NCBI RefSeq assembly: GCF_018398935.1
Contig: NZ_CP074694.1
Location: 1,860,001-1,892,000, forward strand
Length of the DNA stretch: 32,000 nt
From: Telmatocola sphagniphila
GTDB lineage: Bacteria; Planctomycetota; Planctomycetia; Gemmatales; Gemmataceae
Direction: 5' to 3'
Positions 30,732 through 32,000 of this stretch are shown in pieces. Under the pieces are notes generated by a model. That model worked only from the letters and a program-made list of their open reading frames with translations. It was not told where the DNA came from and ran no database searches. How positions within the stretch are numbered: position 1 is the stretch's first letter; every line of letters starts with the position of its first letter. The translations under genes were made by a program, and so were the position numbers.

Positions 30732-31523
30732 ATGAGTGCCGAGTTGAACGCCAGCCTCGATCAGCCGACCGAAGATGCCCTGCAGCTGGTTTGGAAAGAA
30801 CAAGCCGATCTCAAAGCCGTCACGCTGTTGCGACGCTCGGGCATCACCGACGGAACGATCCATCGGACCATGTCGGTCGTCCACGGCACGCAGCCGTATA
30901 AGCACAACCACTACCACGACGAGGAGTTCTTCCGCGCCGACCCCGCCAAGGGAACCTTGAGTAATCCCTACGGCCAGCGCATGATGCGGGTCTCCGAGGA
31001 TTTCGTGGTGGCCCTGCTGGGGGCTTTGGAAGACGAAGTCGGCCAGGGGGGCGCTCGCGAGATCATGTACAAGTGCGGCTTCCAGTGGGGCCTGCGCGAC
31101 ATGAAGCATTTTCTGCCGCGCATGCAGGCCGAGTTCGAAGCCGAACTGGACCGGCAGCGCATGGACTTCCTGGCGGAGACCTGGTGGTGGCCGTTGACCA
31201 TCACCGGCTGGGGCACCTGGCGCTACGACTTCCGGCAGCGCGATAAGGGCCTGCTCTTCATCGAGCTGTACGAATCGGCGGTCGCCCAGTCGGTCGGCGA
31301 TATCGGCTCGGTGATCTGCTACTTCTACGCCGGCCTGTTCGCTTCGACCTTCAGCGTCTTAAGCAAGCGGTCTCTCGGCTGCGTCGAGATGCAGTGCTAC
31401 GCCACCGGCGAAGACTACTGCAAGTTCGTAATTTCCGACTACAAGAAAGTCGATGCCGCGGCGTTCTGGCGGGGCGAAGGAGCCACCGCGAGCGACATCA
31501 TGAAACGCCTCCAAAACATGTAA
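30732..31523 (+). CDS. V4R-like (4-vinyl-reductase-type) domain protein
   Basis: ORF 30477..31523 trimmed to ATG 30732, which is preceded by GGAGAA. The C-terminal pattern ICYFYAGLFASTF...LGCVEMQCYATGEDYCKFVI shows the Cys spacing typical of V4R domains. Confidence 0.75.
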   Translation: MSAELNASLDQPTEDALQLVWKEQADLKAVTLLRRSGITDGTIHRTMSVVHGTQPYKHNHYHDEEFFRADPAKGTLSNPYGQRMMRVSEDFVVALLGALEDEVGQGGAREIMYKCGFQWGLRDMKHFLPRMQAEFEAELDRQRMDFLAETWWWPLTITGWGTWRYDFRQRDKGLLFIELYESAVAQSVGDIGSVICYFYAGLFASTFSVLSKRSLGCVEMQCYATGEDYCKFVISDYKKVDAAAFWRGEGATASDIMKRLQNM

Positions 31524-31537
31524 TTTCCGGAGAGACC

Positions 31538-32000
31538 ATGCTCGATACATCCCGTTCGCTGCGACTGAAGGGCAATTTTTTCGCTCGTCCGGACTGGTTC
31601 CGCACCGACGTGACCCGGGGCGTGACCCGCAATCCCCTCGGGGAACGGGTCTGCACGCTGACCAGCGACTTTCTGCTCGGCTTTCGCGATGCCATGATCT
31701 ACGAATGCGGCCCGGCCGCTTCGGCCGTTCTGAAATCGGCCGGCAAGCGCTGGGGCGGCCAGTTCGCCCACCGCCTCGATAAGGCGGTCAAGGAATTCTA
31801 CGGCACCCCCTGGCGGGAATTGCAGCGCGGCGTGCAGATCACCGTGCTGACCGAAGCCTTCGCCGCGCACGGCTGGGGCCGGTTGTCGGTCGATTGGGAA
31901 CGCTGGCCCGATTATCTGGGCGTGCGTCTGGAAAACTCGATCTATCCCGATCTGATCCTGCAGGCGGACAAGCCCTCGGACGCGCTGTTCGCCGGCTTTT
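31538..32000 (+). CDS. V4R-like protein, paralog of 30732..31523 (3'-truncated by the window edge)
   Basis: Not in the ORF track because no stop lies in the window. I translated it by hand from ATG 31538: MLDTSRSLRLKGNFFARPDWF...NPLGERVCTLTSDFLLGFRDAMIYECG...AHGWGRLSVDWE...ALFAGF, 154 codons with no stop. It aligns block for block with the preceding protein (NPxGxR, DFxxxxxxAxxxExG, WG, GWG, AGxF). Confidence 0.7.
   Translation, partial: MLDTSRSLRLKGNFFARPDWFRTDVTRGVTRNPLGERVCTLTSDFLLGFRDAMIYECGPAASAVLKSAGKRWGGQFAHRLDKAVKEFYGTPWRELQRGVQITVLTEAFAAHGWGRLSVDWERWPDYLGVRLENSIYPDLILQADKPSDALFAGF

Overview
This is a 32-kb, gene-dense chromosomal window of roughly 60% GC. Its content points to a Planctomycetota genome: a PSCyt/DUF1549/DUF1553 protein, three sulfatase genes, an ECF sigma factor with a WD40 anti-sigma partner, and a giant multi-PAS hybrid kinase. 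Left to right, the window holds: (1) a PSCyt-DUF1549-DUF1553 gene (-). (2) A short-form 6-phosphogluconate dehydrogenase (+). (3) A 1474-aa eight-PAS hybrid histidine kinase (-). (4) A minus-strand sulfatase block with a divergent AraC regulator. The block contains an 813-aa sulfatase, a secreted 2H-phosphoesterase/HAD fusion, a third sulfatase cleanly split by a 1462-bp single-ORF IS66-family element with 9-bp direct repeats, and a 797-aa paralogous sulfatase. (5) A translationally coupled membrane-protein/winged-helix pair. (6) A low-GC stretch of about 1.5 kb with one small gene and 1.15 kb without ORFs. (7) An ECF sigma/anti-sigma (LolA-like + WD40) operon with a divergent orphan secreted protein. 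(8) A small ORF whose TGA is followed by a SECIS-like hairpin and 53 more open codons. (9) At the right edge, a His-less sensor-kinase look-alike followed by two tandem V4R-like paralogs, in a cluster that runs off the window. I saw no rRNA, tRNA or CRISPR array by eye. The most unusual items are the pseudo-kinase/V4R cluster, the possibly recoded TGA and the 2H-HAD fusion. All functional calls rest on motif recognition by eye, not on database searches.
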